Assembly: GCA_965209085.1 (NCBI GenBank)
Contig: OZ242376.1
Coordinates: 800,001 to 864,000, forward strand
Length of the DNA: 64,000 bases
DNA from: Nitrosopumilaceae archaeon
Lineage (GTDB): Archaea; Thermoproteota; Nitrososphaeria; Nitrososphaerales; Nitrosopumilaceae
Direction of reading: 5' to 3'
Each line of letters starts with the position of its first letter. Position 1 is the stretch's first letter. This document shows positions 32,171 through 43,694 of this stretch, one piece after another. The translations under genes and the position numbers were made by a program. The notes under the pieces were generated by a model. That model ran no database searches. It was not told where the DNA came from and saw only the letters and a list, made by a program, of their open reading frames with translations.

Positions 32171-32967
32171 TATTTTTTTATTTCAGACATTATTTTATCT
32201 AGACTTTCTTGATTGCCTGCACCAACAAATGACAATCTAGTCATCGTTCCAAAATCTGAATCTAATGGCTGTGAATCTGCATCTATAATTAAACCCCCCG
32301 CTTCTTTGATTAACAGATATCCTGCTGCCATATCTTGAATTCTAATTTTATCTCGTAAATCAATGAAAACATCCAATGAACCTCTAGAAAGAAAAGCCAT
32401 TTCGAGTGCATTTGCCCCAAAATGTCTTGTAGGGCCGTAACGTTCGAAAATTGTTTGTAATTTTTTCAAAAGTTTGGGGGATGCACCGGATGTATTCACC
32501 CCAACAATTTTGTATGCTGTCTCTTTGTTTTGTACATGAATTTTAGACTCATTCAAAAATGCACCCTTTCCTTTTGATGCCCAATACTGTTCTCCATTTG
32601 ATAGATTGGTAACTACTGCGTCTGTAATAGAACTTAGTTTGTTATCTGTGGCAAACGCTAAGGAACAACAAAAGAACGGAATGCCGTTAACTGCGTTAGC
32701 TGTTCCATCAATTGCATCCATGATGATATACCCTCTTGGATTATCATTTATTTCGACACGTCCACATTCTTCACCTAACACAATACAATTGAAATTAATT
32801 TGTTTTAGATAATCTAGAACCGTTTTTTCAGCTACGATGTCAATGTTTTGTGTAATATCTCCACCAGCACCTATACCAAAATCACCTGCAGCATCTGTTT
32901 CGGATAGGTTTTTTACATTATCGTAAACTTGTTTTGAGACTTGACGTAAGATTTCAATTACTTCCAT
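32170..32967 (-). CDS. Inositol monophosphatase/FBPase family protein (probable DIPP phosphatase)
   Basis: Motifs GAGGD, GEE, DAIDGTANA and DMAAG; coupled to IPCT/DIPPS. Confidence 0.9.
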   Translation of the reverse strand: MEVIEILRQVSKQVYDNVKNLSETDAAGDFGIGAGGDITQNIDIVAEKTVLDYLKQINFNCIVLGEECGRVEINDNPRGYIIMDAIDGTANAVNGIPFFCCSLAFATDNKLSSITDAVVTNLSNGEQYWASKGKGAFLNESKIHVQNKETAYKIVGVNTSGASPKLLKKLQTIFERYGPTRHFGANALEMAFLSRGSLDVFIDLRDKIRIQDMAAGYLLIKEAGGLIIDADSQPLDSDFGTMTRLSFVGAGNQESLDKIMSEIKK

Positions 32968-32994
32968 ATCCGAAATGAATTTATGATCTGCGGT

Positions 32995-33600
32995 ATATTA
33001 AACGATACTGAGTACCTCTTCAAAGACGCTTTTAGCATGTGATCTTTATCAAAACATACGTTAGAAAGTTTGACATTCTTCTCATGGATTCAGATCCTCT
33101 GATCTGCCCACTTATCTTACGGCAAACCACGACATCACGTAATGCACACTTGGCTGCATTGTTTGCAGGTGGAATGTTTTCATGCTCTATACAGGCAAAC
33201 AGATTCATCGTCGCATTCTTTAACCGTTTGATCAAACTCTGCATTTTGGACATTTCTGTACTGCGGTATTTATCCTGGGGTGCTTTACAGTACTGTACTG
33301 GTTGGATTATGTTTGCGTTATACTCCATTGTGACCTGGATGGCAACCTGGTTTTATTAATGGCAGTAATTTTCAAATTTTTCTTGCCTTGCGTTTTTCTT
33401 GCATATATTCAAGTGAACGTAAAGAGGTTGGCGTGTTGGAATTTTCATAATATGCGAGTCAAGTTTTGAGGATTTTAATTTCCCTATCCTTTGCGTCCAA
33501 TCTATGCGTAAATTCTGTCATTTGTTTATTCATCTTTTCGACAAAAACTCTCTATCTTCCAATTCATGACATGTGGGATATGGATTGCTCATGAGATGGA
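32995..33600 (-). mobile_element. Degraded, internally deleted IS66-family element (second lineage)
   Basis: PANNAAKCALRDVVVCRKISGQ; similar to 24569-24850. Right boundary is approximate. Confidence 0.7.
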
Positions 33601-33711
33601 TTATTTACTGATGGTATTTGGATCTAAATGATCGTATGTTATTGACTAATTTGTCAGGCACGAGCTGACCTTATACAAATATTTTAATCCATCATTAAAG
33701 TATGCCATATC

Positions 33712-34983
33712 ATGAACGTAACTGAAAAGATACTCGCGCGCGCATCGCACAAATCCAGCGTATCAGCTGATGATGTGGTATTTGCCGACATTGACTGCGC
33801 CATGGTGCACGATGTATCCGGACCTGGAGTAATCAAAGTTTTTGAAAAACTTGAAAAACAGGGCATTGATACATCCAAACTCTGGGATCCAGACAAGATT
33901 TGGGTTGCAGAAGACCACTTTGTACCATCAGCTGAAAAAGCTTCTGCTGCAAACGTGGCAAAGCTTGAAAAATTTGTAAAAAAATACCACATTTCAAAAC
34001 ATTTCAAATACGGCCTTGGCCAGTACGGCATTTGCCATACATTATCGCACGAGGAGGGATTGGTATTGCCAGGACAGGTATACGTGGGAGGGGACTCGCA
34101 CACAAACACTACGGGGGCATTGGGGGCGTTTGCATGCGGTCTTGGACATACTGATATGGCATATGTAATGTTAAACGGCAAAATCTGGTTCAAGGTTCCA
34201 GAAACTGTACTGTACAAACTCCACGGCAAACTCCCAGAGCATGTAATGGCAAAGGATTTGATTTTACAGATAATCGGCGATATTGGAACAGATGGCGGAA
34301 CATACGGTACCATGCAGTTTGCCGGTTCAGGAATCGATGCAATGTCAGTTGAGGAGAGAATAACGCTCACAAACATGACAACAGAGGCTGGTGCAAAAAA
34401 CGGCATCATCGAGGCAGATAAAAAAACTGTTGCATATCTTGTAGAGCATGGGGCAAAACCGCACGGTACAGTACACGCGGATGCAGATACTGCATACGCT
34501 GACATACACGAGTACGAAGCTGACAAACTTGAACCAATGGTTGCAAAACCATTCTCCCCGCAAAATACTGCATCTGCCAGAGAGCTCTCATCTGTGGAAT
34601 TAAACAAGGCGTACATTGGATCGTGCACGGGTGCAAAACTGGAGGATTTGCAAGCTGCAGCTAGAATACTAAAGGGACGGCAGGTTACAATACGCACAGA
34701 GGTGGTACCTGCTGCAATATCGATACTGAAAAAAGCAATGAATCTGGGATTCATACAGATATTTTTGGATGCTGGAGCTGTAATTGGCCCTCCAACGTGC
34801 GGCGCATGCTGCGGAGCCCATATGGGCGTGTTAGGAGCTGAAGAGGTATGCGTGAGTACCACGAACAGAAATTTCCCAGGACGCATGGGCCATGTTGAAT
34901 CACAAACATACCTTGCATCCCCGCTTGTAGCTGCAGCCTCGGCGGTGACAGGGAAGATAACTGATCCGAGGGATCTTGCATGA
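33712..34983 (+). CDS. Archaeal-type 3-isopropylmalate dehydratase/homoaconitase large subunit
   Basis: Motifs EDH, GICH, GDSHT, IGSCTG, CGACCG and STTNRNFPGRMG. Confidence 0.93.
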   Translation: MNVTEKILARASHKSSVSADDVVFADIDCAMVHDVSGPGVIKVFEKLEKQGIDTSKLWDPDKIWVAEDHFVPSAEKASAANVAKLEKFVKKYHISKHFKYGLGQYGICHTLSHEEGLVLPGQVYVGGDSHTNTTGALGAFACGLGHTDMAYVMLNGKIWFKVPETVLYKLHGKLPEHVMAKDLILQIIGDIGTDGGTYGTMQFAGSGIDAMSVEERITLTNMTTEAGAKNGIIEADKKTVAYLVEHGAKPHGTVHADADTAYADIHEYEADKLEPMVAKPFSPQNTASARELSSVELNKAYIGSCTGAKLEDLQAAARILKGRQVTIRTEVVPAAISILKKAMNLGFIQIFLDAGAVIGPPTCGACCGAHMGVLGAEEVCVSTTNRNFPGRMGHVESQTYLASPLVAAASAVTGKITDPRDLA

Positions 34984-35498
34984 ACTGTACTGTAATAAAA
35001 TATGCAAAGGACAACATTGACACGGACGTGATAATTCCAGGAACGTATCTGAAGATACATGATTATGCAGAGCTTGCAACCCATGCAATGGAGGGGATGG
35101 ATGCTGATTTTCACTCTAAAATAAAATCAGGAAAAAATGTAATCGTTGCGGGAAAAAATTTCGGATGCGGCTCTAGCCGCGAGCATGCCCCCATTGCACT
35201 GGCGCACTCTGGAATCAAGGCAGTATTGGCAGTCTCGTTTGCGCGCATTTTTTACAGAAACTGCGTGGATGGGGCGTTTTTACTCCCAATTGAAATAACC
35301 GAACCTGACTATATGCAAATATCCGAAAATGATGAGCTAAAAATTGACATAAATGAAAATATTGTAAAAAACATTACAAAAAATACCATATATGAAATTC
35401 GCCCCTTTGCACCGCTTGTGGCTGCAATCATCAAAGCAGGCGGACTCTTTAAATTTAATCCTGAAAATTGGGATAATGATGGCACAGACTCTATTTGA
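34980..35498 (+). CDS. Archaeal-type 3-isopropylmalate dehydratase/homoaconitase small subunit
   Basis: Motifs [10 protein letters not shown] and [11 protein letters not shown]. Confidence 0.93.
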   Translation: MNCTVIKYAKDNIDTDVIIPGTYLKIHDYAELATHAMEGMDADFHSKIKSGKNVIVAGKNFGCGSSREHAPIALAHSGIKAVLAVSFARIFYRNCVDGAFLLPIEITEPDYMQISENDELKIDINENIVKNITKNTIYEIRPFAPLVAAIIKAGGLFKFNPENWDNDGTDSI

Positions 35499-36891
35499 GA
35501 AGATATGGGACAGTCATACTGTCGTGCAAAAAGACGACGGTCTATCACTGTTGTACGTTGACCGGCATCTTGTACACGAGGTGACCTCACCGCAGGCGTT
35601 TGCCGGATTAAGGGCTGCTGGCCGCAAAGTACGACGCCCGGATTTAACGTTGGCAACAGCTGATCACAACGTACCGACTGAAAAACGCACCCTTCCTATT
35701 TTGGATCAGGATTCTGCTGCACAAATTCACGCATTGGATGTAAACTGCCGCGACTTTGGAGTGCGCTTGTATGGGATGAACAGTAAAAAACAGGGAATTG
35801 TTCATGTAATAGGTCCTGAGCTTGGAGTGACGCTGCCGGGTACGACGCTTGTATGCGGGGATAGCCATACCTCTACGCACGGGGCGCTAGGCTCGCTTGC
35901 ATTTGGAATTGGAACAAGCGAGGTAGAGCACGTGCTTGCATCACAAACCGTATGGATGAGAAAACCTGTCCCCATGCAGATTTTAATAAACGGACACCGC
36001 AAGAACATGCACGCAGTTACGGCAAAAGATCTAATCTTGTCAATTATCCGCAAAATAGGAATTGCCGGCGGTACAGGTACAGTATTGGAATATCGCGGGG
36101 ATACAGTAAGTGAGATGGACATGGAGGGGCGAATGACCATGTGCAACATGTCAATTGAAGCTGGAGCGCGCGCCGGACTTGTAGCCCCTGATGATACAAC
36201 ATTCAAGTACATCAAAGGTAAAGAGTGCGCGCCAAAAGACTGGGATGATGCAGTGCATGAGTGGCGCAGTCTGAAAACTGATTCTAGTGCAAAATTTGAA
36301 AAAACCATATCCCTTGATGCATCGCGTACTGCCCCGCAGGTAAGCTGGGGGACAAATCCGGCAATGACGTGCAACGTTGATGAGGCAATTCCGGATCCTG
36401 TAGAATACGCCGATGGACATTCCGGACTTGAAAAAGATGCAAAAGCTGCCCTCAAATACATGGGTTTGCAAAAAAACACCCCCATAACTGAGATTGCAAT
36501 CGACCGCGTCTTTATCGGCTCGTGCACCAATGCGCGCCTTGGGGATTTAAAAGAGGCAGCATCTGCAATAAACGGCGGTCATGTTGCAAATACTGTAAGG
36601 GCAATGGTGGTTCCAGGCTCACAGCAGGTAAAATCTGAAGCTGAAAAAATAGGACTGGATAAGATTTTCACAAATGCCGGATTTGAGTGGCGTGAATCCG
36701 GATGCAGCATGTGCCTTGGAATGAATCCGGACATACTTGGTGCCGGAGAGAGGTGCGCTAGTACATCCAATAGAAACTTTGAAGGACGGCAGGGGGCGGG
36801 GGGCAGAACGCACCTTGTGAGTCCTGTAATGGCAGCAGCTGCGGCAATTGCTGGAAAATTCGTCGACGTGCGGGAGCTTGATTTGGGATGA
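35476..36891 (+). CDS. leuC: 3-isopropylmalate dehydratase large subunit (bacterial type)
   Basis: Motifs [31 protein letters not shown] and [12 protein letters not shown]. Start trimmed from the ORF track. Confidence 0.96.
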   Translation: MMAQTLFEKIWDSHTVVQKDDGLSLLYVDRHLVHEVTSPQAFAGLRAAGRKVRRPDLTLATADHNVPTEKRTLPILDQDSAAQIHALDVNCRDFGVRLYGMNSKKQGIVHVIGPELGVTLPGTTLVCGDSHTSTHGALGSLAFGIGTSEVEHVLASQTVWMRKPVPMQILINGHRKNMHAVTAKDLILSIIRKIGIAGGTGTVLEYRGDTVSEMDMEGRMTMCNMSIEAGARAGLVAPDDTTFKYIKGKECAPKDWDDAVHEWRSLKTDSSAKFEKTISLDASRTAPQVSWGTNPAMTCNVDEAIPDPVEYADGHSGLEKDAKAALKYMGLQKNTPITEIAIDRVFIGSCTNARLGDLKEAASAINGGHVANTVRAMVVPGSQQVKSEAEKIGLDKIFTNAGFEWRESGCSMCLGMNPDILGAGERCASTSNRNFEGRQGAGGRTHLVSPVMAAAAAIAGKFVDVRELDLG

Positions 36892-37496
36892 ATCCGTTCA
36901 AAAACGTATCCGGGATTGCAACTCCACTTGACCGCACAAACGTGGACACTGATCAGATAATTCCAAAACAGTTCCTCAAAGCAATCACACGCGAAGGATT
37001 TGGAAAAAACCTGTTTTACGGGTGGAGGTATGACTCAAAAGGTGGGATTGTAAAAGATTTCATATTAAACAATCCGGCATACGATAACTCCCCTATCCTG
37101 GTTGCGGGGGAAAACTTTGGATGCGGCTCAAGCCGCGAGCATGCTGCATGGGCAATACATGACAGGGGATTTCACGTGGTAATTGCGCCATCATTTGCGG
37201 ATATCTTTTACAACAATTGCATAAAAAACGGCATCCTACCTGCAAAGATTGATGTAAAATCAGTCTATACAATACTCTCGGCCAATAAAGCCCTAGTGCA
37301 CGTAAACCTTGAATCACAGATAATTCAAATTGATGCCGATGGCGTAAAAACTGATGCACACTTTGAGATTGACAAATATAGCAAAAACATCCTACTGCAG
37401 GGATTGGATGAGATATCAATTACAATGCAGTATGATGAGGCAATCTCATCATATGAGAAATCCGGCAAAATACGCCCAATAGAGGGCCTCACCTGA
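36888..37496 (+). CDS. leuD: 3-isopropylmalate dehydratase small subunit
   Basis: Motifs [14 protein letters not shown] and [11 protein letters not shown]. Confidence 0.96.
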   Translation: MNPFKNVSGIATPLDRTNVDTDQIIPKQFLKAITREGFGKNLFYGWRYDSKGGIVKDFILNNPAYDNSPILVAGENFGCGSSREHAAWAIHDRGFHVVIAPSFADIFYNNCIKNGILPAKIDVKSVYTILSANKALVHVNLESQIIQIDADGVKTDAHFEIDKYSKNILLQGLDEISITMQYDEAISSYEKSGKIRPIEGLT

Positions 37497-38229
37497 TACA
37501 GCCCATCTGTTTTAGCGCGTTTTTCACATCAGTACTTTTTCTCTCCAATAAGGCCGGGGATTCAGCATCCATCCAGACGCTCTTACCTATATCGTGCGCA
37601 CTAATGAGCCCATTTTTCGCAAGTGGGGCCAATATATCATATGAGAGGTTTACCTGGGATTTTGTTTTTTTTGCAGCCATTATGTGGGCAAATATTTTCT
37701 GCGATAGGGCGTACACGCCGATGCATTCTTTTCTTGGCAGATTTACAGTTGGCTTTTCAATGAATTTTTCAACAATATTCCCATTCACTTTTGCAAATCC
37801 TGTCTCCTCTTTTCTTGTGGACCGCATTGCAACGCATGCAAGTGTTTTTGTCTCATTTATGGTGTGCAGCATTTGTGTTACATCAACTGCGCAAATGTTA
37901 TCGGCAAACCACAGTATGAAATTACCTCTCAAAAGATGCGGCTTTAGATGAAGCAGATCCCCCCCGGTTCCTGACTGGGAATCTTGGATGAATTTTATGC
38001 GTTTGCCGCGCACCTTTGATGATCCAAAATAGTTGCGTATCTGCCCGCCAAGTCCGGTAAAATCAGCTAGTATTACAATCTCGGCAATCTCATGAATTGA
38101 TGAGAGATATTCTACAATGTGGGCAATAACTGGCCTTCCGTGAACGGGAATGGCAGCTTTGGGAATAAATTCAGTATATGGTTTGCCGCGTGTGCCGCAT
38201 CCTCCGGCCATGAGAACTGCAGTATGCAT
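37489..38229 (-). CDS. Sugar-phosphate nucleotidyltransferase family protein
   Basis: Motifs MAGGCGTR..PY...PKA, GTGG and FIEKP. Confidence 0.85.
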   Translation of the reverse strand: MHTAVLMAGGCGTRGKPYTEFIPKAAIPVHGRPVIAHIVEYLSSIHEIAEIVILADFTGLGGQIRNYFGSSKVRGKRIKFIQDSQSGTGGDLLHLKPHLLRGNFILWFADNICAVDVTQMLHTINETKTLACVAMRSTRKEETGFAKVNGNIVEKFIEKPTVNLPRKECIGVYALSQKIFAHIMAAKKTKSQVNLSYDILAPLAKNGLISAHDIGKSVWMDAESPALLERKSTDVKNALKQMGCIR

Positions 38230-38232
38230 TAT

Positions 38233-38691
38233 CTATCGGTATGATTTTTGTTTTCTGCGTCTAGCCCCTGGACCGCCAAATTTCTTGGGCTCTTTTAGGC
38301 GCGAATCACCGCTTATGAGATATTTGTCAAATTCGGCAAGACGTTTGCGCAAATCCTCGCGGACTGATTTTGAGAGGGGATGACCCCTTGGTTCTTTTTT
38401 TGATTTTGTCCATCCTACAAGGGCGCGTGATATTGCAGTAGCTGATGCACCGGCTTGTCCCATAAAACCGCCTCCGCGCGTTCTAACTGAAATGTCAATC
38501 TTACCTCGTATATCGCCGGCAATCTCCAAAGGTGCTAGAACCGTTTCGCGCGCAGCCTCTGCCCCCATCATTTCTATTGGAACATTGTTCACACGGATTA
38601 TGCCTGTACCTTTTGCAATGTGCACATGAGCACTGGCTGTTTTTCGTGTTGCAAAATAAATCTCCGGCTTTGATGTGGTCATTTGTTCCAC
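38233..38691 (-). CDS. rps9: 30S ribosomal protein S9
   Basis: Motifs RKTA, GGGFMGQA and EPKKFGGPGARRRKQKSYR. Confidence 0.97.
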   Translation of the reverse strand: MEQMTTSKPEIYFATRKTASAHVHIAKGTGIIRVNNVPIEMMGAEAARETVLAPLEIAGDIRGKIDISVRTRGGGFMGQAGASATAISRALVGWTKSKKEPRGHPLSKSVREDLRKRLAEFDKYLISGDSRLKEPKKFGGPGARRRKQKSYR

Positions 38692-39128
38692 CCTACGGCT
38701 ACTGAAAGTGCAGACATTGTAAAATATACTGCAGGCTCTTTTTTAATTTCAGCCTTTTCAAATCTTATGCTCTTTATGTGGCGAAGATGGCTCGGGGATC
38801 CTATATGGGCGCGAAGTCTGCTTAATGCTGATTTACCTGAGGGTTTTTCACGGGGGAGCATTCCGCGCACCATTCTTGAAATTATAGTGTCAGGTCTTCT
38901 TGGATGAAAAGGTCCGTGCTTTGGATTCAAAATACTGGCAATCTCCAAAAAATCCCTATACTCTTTGATTATCATGGCCCTCTTACCGCTGATCATAATA
39001 TTTTCACAGTTTATCAGCGCAACGCGGTGTCCCTGTAAGAGCAACTTTGCCACATGCGATGCCAATCTTCCGGCAATGTGTCCTGACGCATCAACGACTA
39101 TGGGTCTGTCAACTCTTGGCTCATCCAA
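38679..39128 (-). CDS. rpl13: 50S ribosomal protein L13
   Basis: Motifs GRLASHVAK and GPFHPRRPD..RMVRGMLP. Confidence 0.97.
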   Translation of the reverse strand: MDEPRVDRPIVVDASGHIAGRLASHVAKLLLQGHRVALINCENIMISGKRAMIIKEYRDFLEIASILNPKHGPFHPRRPDTIISRMVRGMLPREKPSGKSALSRLRAHIGSPSHLRHIKSIRFEKAEIKKEPAVYFTMSALSVAVGWNK

Positions 39129-39471
39129 GCATAATCAGCCCCTTGCCTGTTGGATGGTTTTTGACTGCATCATAAACTGGGTTTACACTTCCGCCAGCTT
39201 TGATTACAAGCTCTGCTGCAGTTTCTGAAATTGAAAACGAATACAGGGTAATTTTATGCGGTATGCTGCCAACTCCAAGCACCTTGCCTGGAACCAAAAC
39301 AGAATCACCCTCACTTGTATACTGGGCGATTTTTTTAATATTCACAACCGTTTTTGACAAAGCCCTACCCTTTGCCATTTTGATAAGCCTTGACCAAATG
39401 GGCGCATCGTTGCCCTGCGATGCCTTTTCCAAGGCGCCTAGGGTTTTGCTAATTGAGGGTCTCACTTTCAT
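39121..39471 (-). CDS. rpl18e: 50S ribosomal protein L18e
   Basis: Motifs APIW and VPGKVLG.G. Start trimmed to MKVRP. Confidence 0.93.
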   Translation of the reverse strand: MKVRPSISKTLGALEKASQGNDAPIWSRLIKMAKGRALSKTVVNIKKIAQYTSEGDSVLVPGKVLGVGSIPHKITLYSFSISETAAELVIKAGGSVNPVYDAVKNHPTGKGLIMLG

Positions 39472-39508
39472 AGTTATGCCCCTGATCACTTCAATATAAC
39501 GGGTTCTT

Positions 39509-40144
39509 TTACGATGTCTGTTGTATAATATCCTTAAAATCGGACAGATTTGATCCAAGCAACTCTACTCCTGCAAGCAGTATCTGGGCCGGCTTGATGG
39601 CCCCTGTGGATTCAATCGTGAGTATGTGCTCGCCCTCGCTTTTCCCGTCAACTAGAGTGGATATGTTTGCACTGTTCCATTTTGCGTGATTTACCCCAAT
39701 GCCAAGTTTTGCATGCGCCTCGAATTTTATCTCCTGGTCCGGTGCAAGCTCTACTATTGGTATGGTGTTTGAGGTGGGTTTTACAAACGAATCCTCTGAA
39801 TGAATGTCCCCGGAAAATATAGTCCTGGTTTGCTCTAATTTTTCAGTATCCAAGGTGAGCAAAACGCTGTTTGAGGAATCCTCCGTGTTTAACTTTGAGA
39901 GGGCGCCAAATTCTGAGAGATCCGTCTTTAGGGGGATAAGACCAAGTCTGTGGGCAATTCCCTCATCGGCAAGAACTGACGTATTTGTAATCATTGATAC
40001 TGTATCTATTGCAAAAACTGGAACCCCGTTTAGGCATATGCGTCGCAGGGCGTTGGCGTACTGGAGCGGAACCCCTTTGATTTTTACGGATATGATTTGT
40101 TCGTTTTGGTCAATGATATCAAGAGACTGCAAACAACAAAACAC
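39509..40144 (-). CDS. rpoD: DNA-directed RNA polymerase subunit D (Rpo3)
   Basis: Motifs ANALRR, NTSVLADE.IAHRLGLIP and HAKW. Confidence 0.96.
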   Translation of the reverse strand: MFCCLQSLDIIDQNEQIISVKIKGVPLQYANALRRICLNGVPVFAIDTVSMITNTSVLADEGIAHRLGLIPLKTDLSEFGALSKLNTEDSSNSVLLTLDTEKLEQTRTIFSGDIHSEDSFVKPTSNTIPIVELAPDQEIKFEAHAKLGIGVNHAKWNSANISTLVDGKSEGEHILTIESTGAIKPAQILLAGVELLGSNLSDFKDIIQQTS

Positions 40145-40289
40145 TCTGCTTGTAGAATAAATACCTAGCGTGCTTTATTTCATACAATGCGTCATTTTAT
40201 GCCAAAATATACGATCTTTTGTGCAAATTACAACAGTATCTAACCCCTATAATAAAACTTTAAACGACATGCGGGTAATATGTGGTTAT

Positions 40290-41387
40290 ATGGGTAAAAA
40301 GATCAAAGTGGGCCTAGTTGGCATAGGCAACTGCTTTTCCGGTCTTATTCAGGGAATTGAATACTATGCACAAAACCCTTCACAGCATGTACCAGGAATA
40401 ATACATGAAAAATTGCGCGATTATGGAATACATGATATTGAATTTGTCTGCGGCTTTGATGTCGGGGAAAACAAGGTGGGGAAAAACATCAATGATGCAA
40501 TATACGCAAAACCCAACATGGTGAATTGGATTCCAAAAGAATCAATGCCGAAAACTGACGCTCTAGTATATGAGGGTCCGGCGCACGACGGAGTCGGAAT
40601 ATGGGTTGAAAACCGCGTAAAGCCGATAAAGAGTGACAAGACTGTAGAGTATCTGCGCGAGCAGGCAATCAAAGTTTTAAAAGATACCGGAGTTGAAATT
40701 ATAGTATCCTATCTGCCGGTGGGCTCTGAGCAGGCCACGCAGTTTTGGGCCCAGCTGTGTATTGATACAAAGACTGCGTTTGTAAACTGTATCCCCTCAT
40801 TTATCGCATCAAAGGGTGAATGGGGACAAAAATTTGCAGATGCTGGTATTCCTGTAATAGGTGATGACATTAAAGGACAGGTTGGCGCCACAATTGTCCA
40901 TAGAACGCTTGCCCGGCTGTGCAACGACCGCGGGGCAAAGATAGAGCGCACGTATCAGCTAAACGTTGGGGGAAATACTGACTTTTTAAACATGAAAGAT
41001 CAGGATAGACTTGCAAGCAAACGCATATCAAAAACGGAAAGTGTGCAAAGCCAGCTTGACGAACCACTCCCTGATGACAGCATTTACGTTGGACCATCTG
41101 ATTTTATACCATTTCTTGGAAATACAAAACTAATGTTTATGAGAATAGAGGGGAGACAGTGGGCGAACATTCCGTTCAACATGGAGGTTCGGTTGGATGT
41201 TGATGATAAGGCAAACTCTGCAGGTATAGTAGTTGATGCAATACGTCTTGCAAAGATTGCACTAGATGATGGCATTGGAGGTCCAATTCATCCTGCATGC
41301 TCTTACCTTATGAAACATCCCCCGCGCCAGACAACTGATACTGAAGCGCGCGTAATGTGTGAAAAATTTGCCGCCGGCAATAAATGA
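40290..41387 (+). CDS. ino1: myo-inositol-1-phosphate synthase
   Basis: Motifs GIGNC, SYLPVGSE, GDDIKGQVGATI, QLNVGGNTDFLNM and DKANSAG. Confidence 0.95.
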   Translation: MGKKIKVGLVGIGNCFSGLIQGIEYYAQNPSQHVPGIIHEKLRDYGIHDIEFVCGFDVGENKVGKNINDAIYAKPNMVNWIPKESMPKTDALVYEGPAHDGVGIWVENRVKPIKSDKTVEYLREQAIKVLKDTGVEIIVSYLPVGSEQATQFWAQLCIDTKTAFVNCIPSFIASKGEWGQKFADAGIPVIGDDIKGQVGATIVHRTLARLCNDRGAKIERTYQLNVGGNTDFLNMKDQDRLASKRISKTESVQSQLDEPLPDDSIYVGPSDFIPFLGNTKLMFMRIEGRQWANIPFNMEVRLDVDDKANSAGIVVDAIRLAKIALDDGIGGPIHPACSYLMKHPPRQTTDTEARVMCEKFAAGNK

Positions 41388-41414
41388 ATGTTGGAATTTT
41401 TAATTTAAAACAGG

Positions 41415-41496
41415 CGCCAGGTAAGGGATTCGAACCCCTGAGTGCAGAAGCACAGCCGCTTTCGAGGCGGCCGCCGTACCACTTGGCTAACCTGGC
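41415..41496 (-). tRNA. tRNA-Ser(CGA)
   Basis: Acceptor stem GCCAGGT/ACCTGGC, anticodon arm GCCGC-CTCGAAA-GCGGC, long variable arm and GGTTCGAATCC. Confidence 0.95.
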
Positions 41497-41732
41497 ATTT
41501 TTGATTCTGCCTTGACCCCTAAATAAACGGGTGTTGATCTTGCATGCAATTATTGATGCTAATGCATACCTGAGAGAATCCTGCCATGAAACGAATCTGA
41601 CAAAGCCAGAGCTGAATTTTTCCCCAGGTTGTATATTTTGCATACGGTGCAGCATACGCTCTTGGTTTTTGACCCATACTAGTTTTAAACACTACAAAAA
41701 CACCATTATGTCAGTATCAAAACCAAACCCGT

Positions 41733-42755
41733 ATGGGATTAAACCTCAAAGATCTGGTATTGCGGGAAAAGACGACGCTTGAATCGTTTGCATCAAAGAC
41801 TGTCGCAATAGATGCATACAATGCACTCTACCAGTTTCTTGCGACAATACGCGGTCCTGATGGTGCGCAGCTTGCAGATTCTTCAGGAGCGGTTACAAGC
41901 CATCTGAGCGGACTTTTTTACAGGAACATCAATTTTCTCTCGATGGGAATACGCCCCGTGTACGTCTTTGATGGAAAACCCCCGTCAATGAAATCAGCTG
42001 AGATCATGCGCAGAAAAAAATCAAAAAAAGACGCCTCTGTAAAATACGAGCGGGCAATATCAGAAGGCAATCTCTCTGATGCTAGAAAATACGCCCAGCA
42101 GACCACGTCCATGCAGGATGGAATGGTGGATGATTCTAAAAAACTCTTAGATTTGTTTGGCATACCCTACGTTGATGCCCCATCAGAAGGCGAGGCAACT
42201 GCTGCATACATGACGCAGACAGGCCATGCGCACGCTTCGGCAAGCCAGGATTTTGATTCCGTTTTGTTTGGGGCAAAAAAACTGGTGCGCAATTTTACCA
42301 ACAGCGGCAGAAGAAAGATACCAAACCGCAATACATACGTGGATATGGTGCCGGAGATAATAGAATCCGGCCGTACGCTTGAAGATCTGAAACTGACAAA
42401 AGAGCAGCTCGTAGACGTTGGAATTTTAATCGGCACTGATTTTAACCCTGACGGGTTTGAAAGGGTGGGACCGAAAACTGCGCTAAAACTGATACGCACG
42501 CATGCACGACTAGAAGACATTCCGGGAATAACTGAACAGCTTGAAAGCATAGATTATGGTGCAATACGCAAAATTTTCCTAAATCCAAACGTGGCAGAAC
42601 CGGCAGAGATAAAATTTGAATCCGTACAATATGATGAAATAATGGACTATCTTGAAGGCTCTAGAAGTTTTTCAAGGGAACGTCTTGTACCGTCACTGAA
42701 CCGGCTGAAAAAATCACTGGAAAAACGCAGTCAAAATTTGGACAAGTGGTTCTAG
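41733..42755 (+). CDS. fen: Flap endonuclease-1
   Basis: Motifs [29 protein letters not shown] and C-terminal PIP box QNLDKWF. Confidence 0.97.
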   Translation: MGLNLKDLVLREKTTLESFASKTVAIDAYNALYQFLATIRGPDGAQLADSSGAVTSHLSGLFYRNINFLSMGIRPVYVFDGKPPSMKSAEIMRRKKSKKDASVKYERAISEGNLSDARKYAQQTTSMQDGMVDDSKKLLDLFGIPYVDAPSEGEATAAYMTQTGHAHASASQDFDSVLFGAKKLVRNFTNSGRRKIPNRNTYVDMVPEIIESGRTLEDLKLTKEQLVDVGILIGTDFNPDGFERVGPKTALKLIRTHARLEDIPGITEQLESIDYGAIRKIFLNPNVAEPAEIKFESVQYDEIMDYLEGSRSFSRERLVPSLNRLKKSLEKRSQNLDKWF

Positions 42756-43111
42756 TCTTCTTCTTTTAGCAGCCAAAGATTGCCCAACTGTTTGTTCATC
42801 AATTCAATCTGTTTCTCATCAAGACTCTTGCCGGTGTTTTTATCGACAGGAACCACGACCATTCCGTCTAGTTTGTATTCAACATCGTACAGGCTTAGTT
42901 TTGATTTTTCCTTTATCACCGGGTTGCCTGATGCATCCTTTGAGCGCACAGTATCCATTACGTCAGAATTTGGGGATTCCCTGTGCATATAGCTGCCCTC
43001 TGCATCATCTTTGGTTGAAAATTTTGCAAGGATTTTTTTCTGCACCTCTAGTGTGGTCTTGTTTTCATGGTATATTCTCTTACCACTCTTTTCGTCGATA
43101 AACTCTGGCAT
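42752..43111 (-). CDS. Hypothetical protein
   Basis: 119-aa ORF convergent on fen with a 4-bp stop overlap. Confidence 0.65.
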   Translation of the reverse strand: MPEFIDEKSGKRIYHENKTTLEVQKKILAKFSTKDDAEGSYMHRESPNSDVMDTVRSKDASGNPVIKEKSKLSLYDVEYKLDGMVVVPVDKNTGKSLDEKQIELMNKQLGNLWLLKEED

Positions 43112-43155
43112 CGTTTCAGATTTGATTCAAATGGGTATTAAAGGTTAATGAATAC

Positions 43156-43680
43156 GGGTTCTGTTCAGTTAACGGGTGATTTGGGAAAGTGCTCATTTTC
43201 GGGTGGTTTTTAGAACGTTTGCGATCAAAAGAGTATGAGGTTGATATTTGATTGTGATAAGATCAATCTTTAGTTCCTGCCACCATGTCCCGTATTACAG
43301 GCAAGCCTGTAAACTGCAAAAAAGTGAAGAAAATATACCATTATCTGGGCTGGAGTGCGCCTGCAAAACCCAAAAAAGAGATCATTCGCTAAAGGAGGCG
43401 CCCAAAACCTGCAGGACCTGATCAACTTTGGCAGACTGACATGATGTACATTTGGTGCGGTCAGGACAGATGGTGTTATCAGTTTAACGTCCTGGATGCA
43501 TTTACCCGCGAATGGTAGGATATGCGTTTGAGTCAAGATCTATTACCGACGGTGCCATTGCAACATTAACTGAAGCGTTGGCATCCAAGAAACCGAACTG
43601 CTCAAATCTTACCCTAAGAACAGATAACGGTTCCAAATACGTTTCAGCACGGTTTGAAAAAGCCGCATAGACACGGGTAT
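43156..43680. mobile_element. IS right-end remnant (GGGTTCTGT family) fused to an internal IS3 orfB remnant
   Basis: 43156 onward resembles 5716 and 30375; 43295-43665 resembles 8475-8850. Confidence 0.7.
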
Positions 43681-43694
43681 AGTCTAATTTATAT

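Noticed and set aside
33684-35114. 476-aa minus-strand ORF and other long antisense ORFs in the core block
   Set aside because: They are shadows of well-conserved genes on the opposite strand.
33712-37496. Two tandem leuCD-like pairs as a novelty
   Set aside because: Readily explained as distinct aconitase-family enzymes (LeuCD plus a homoaconitase/citramalate-type pair), which is common in archaea.
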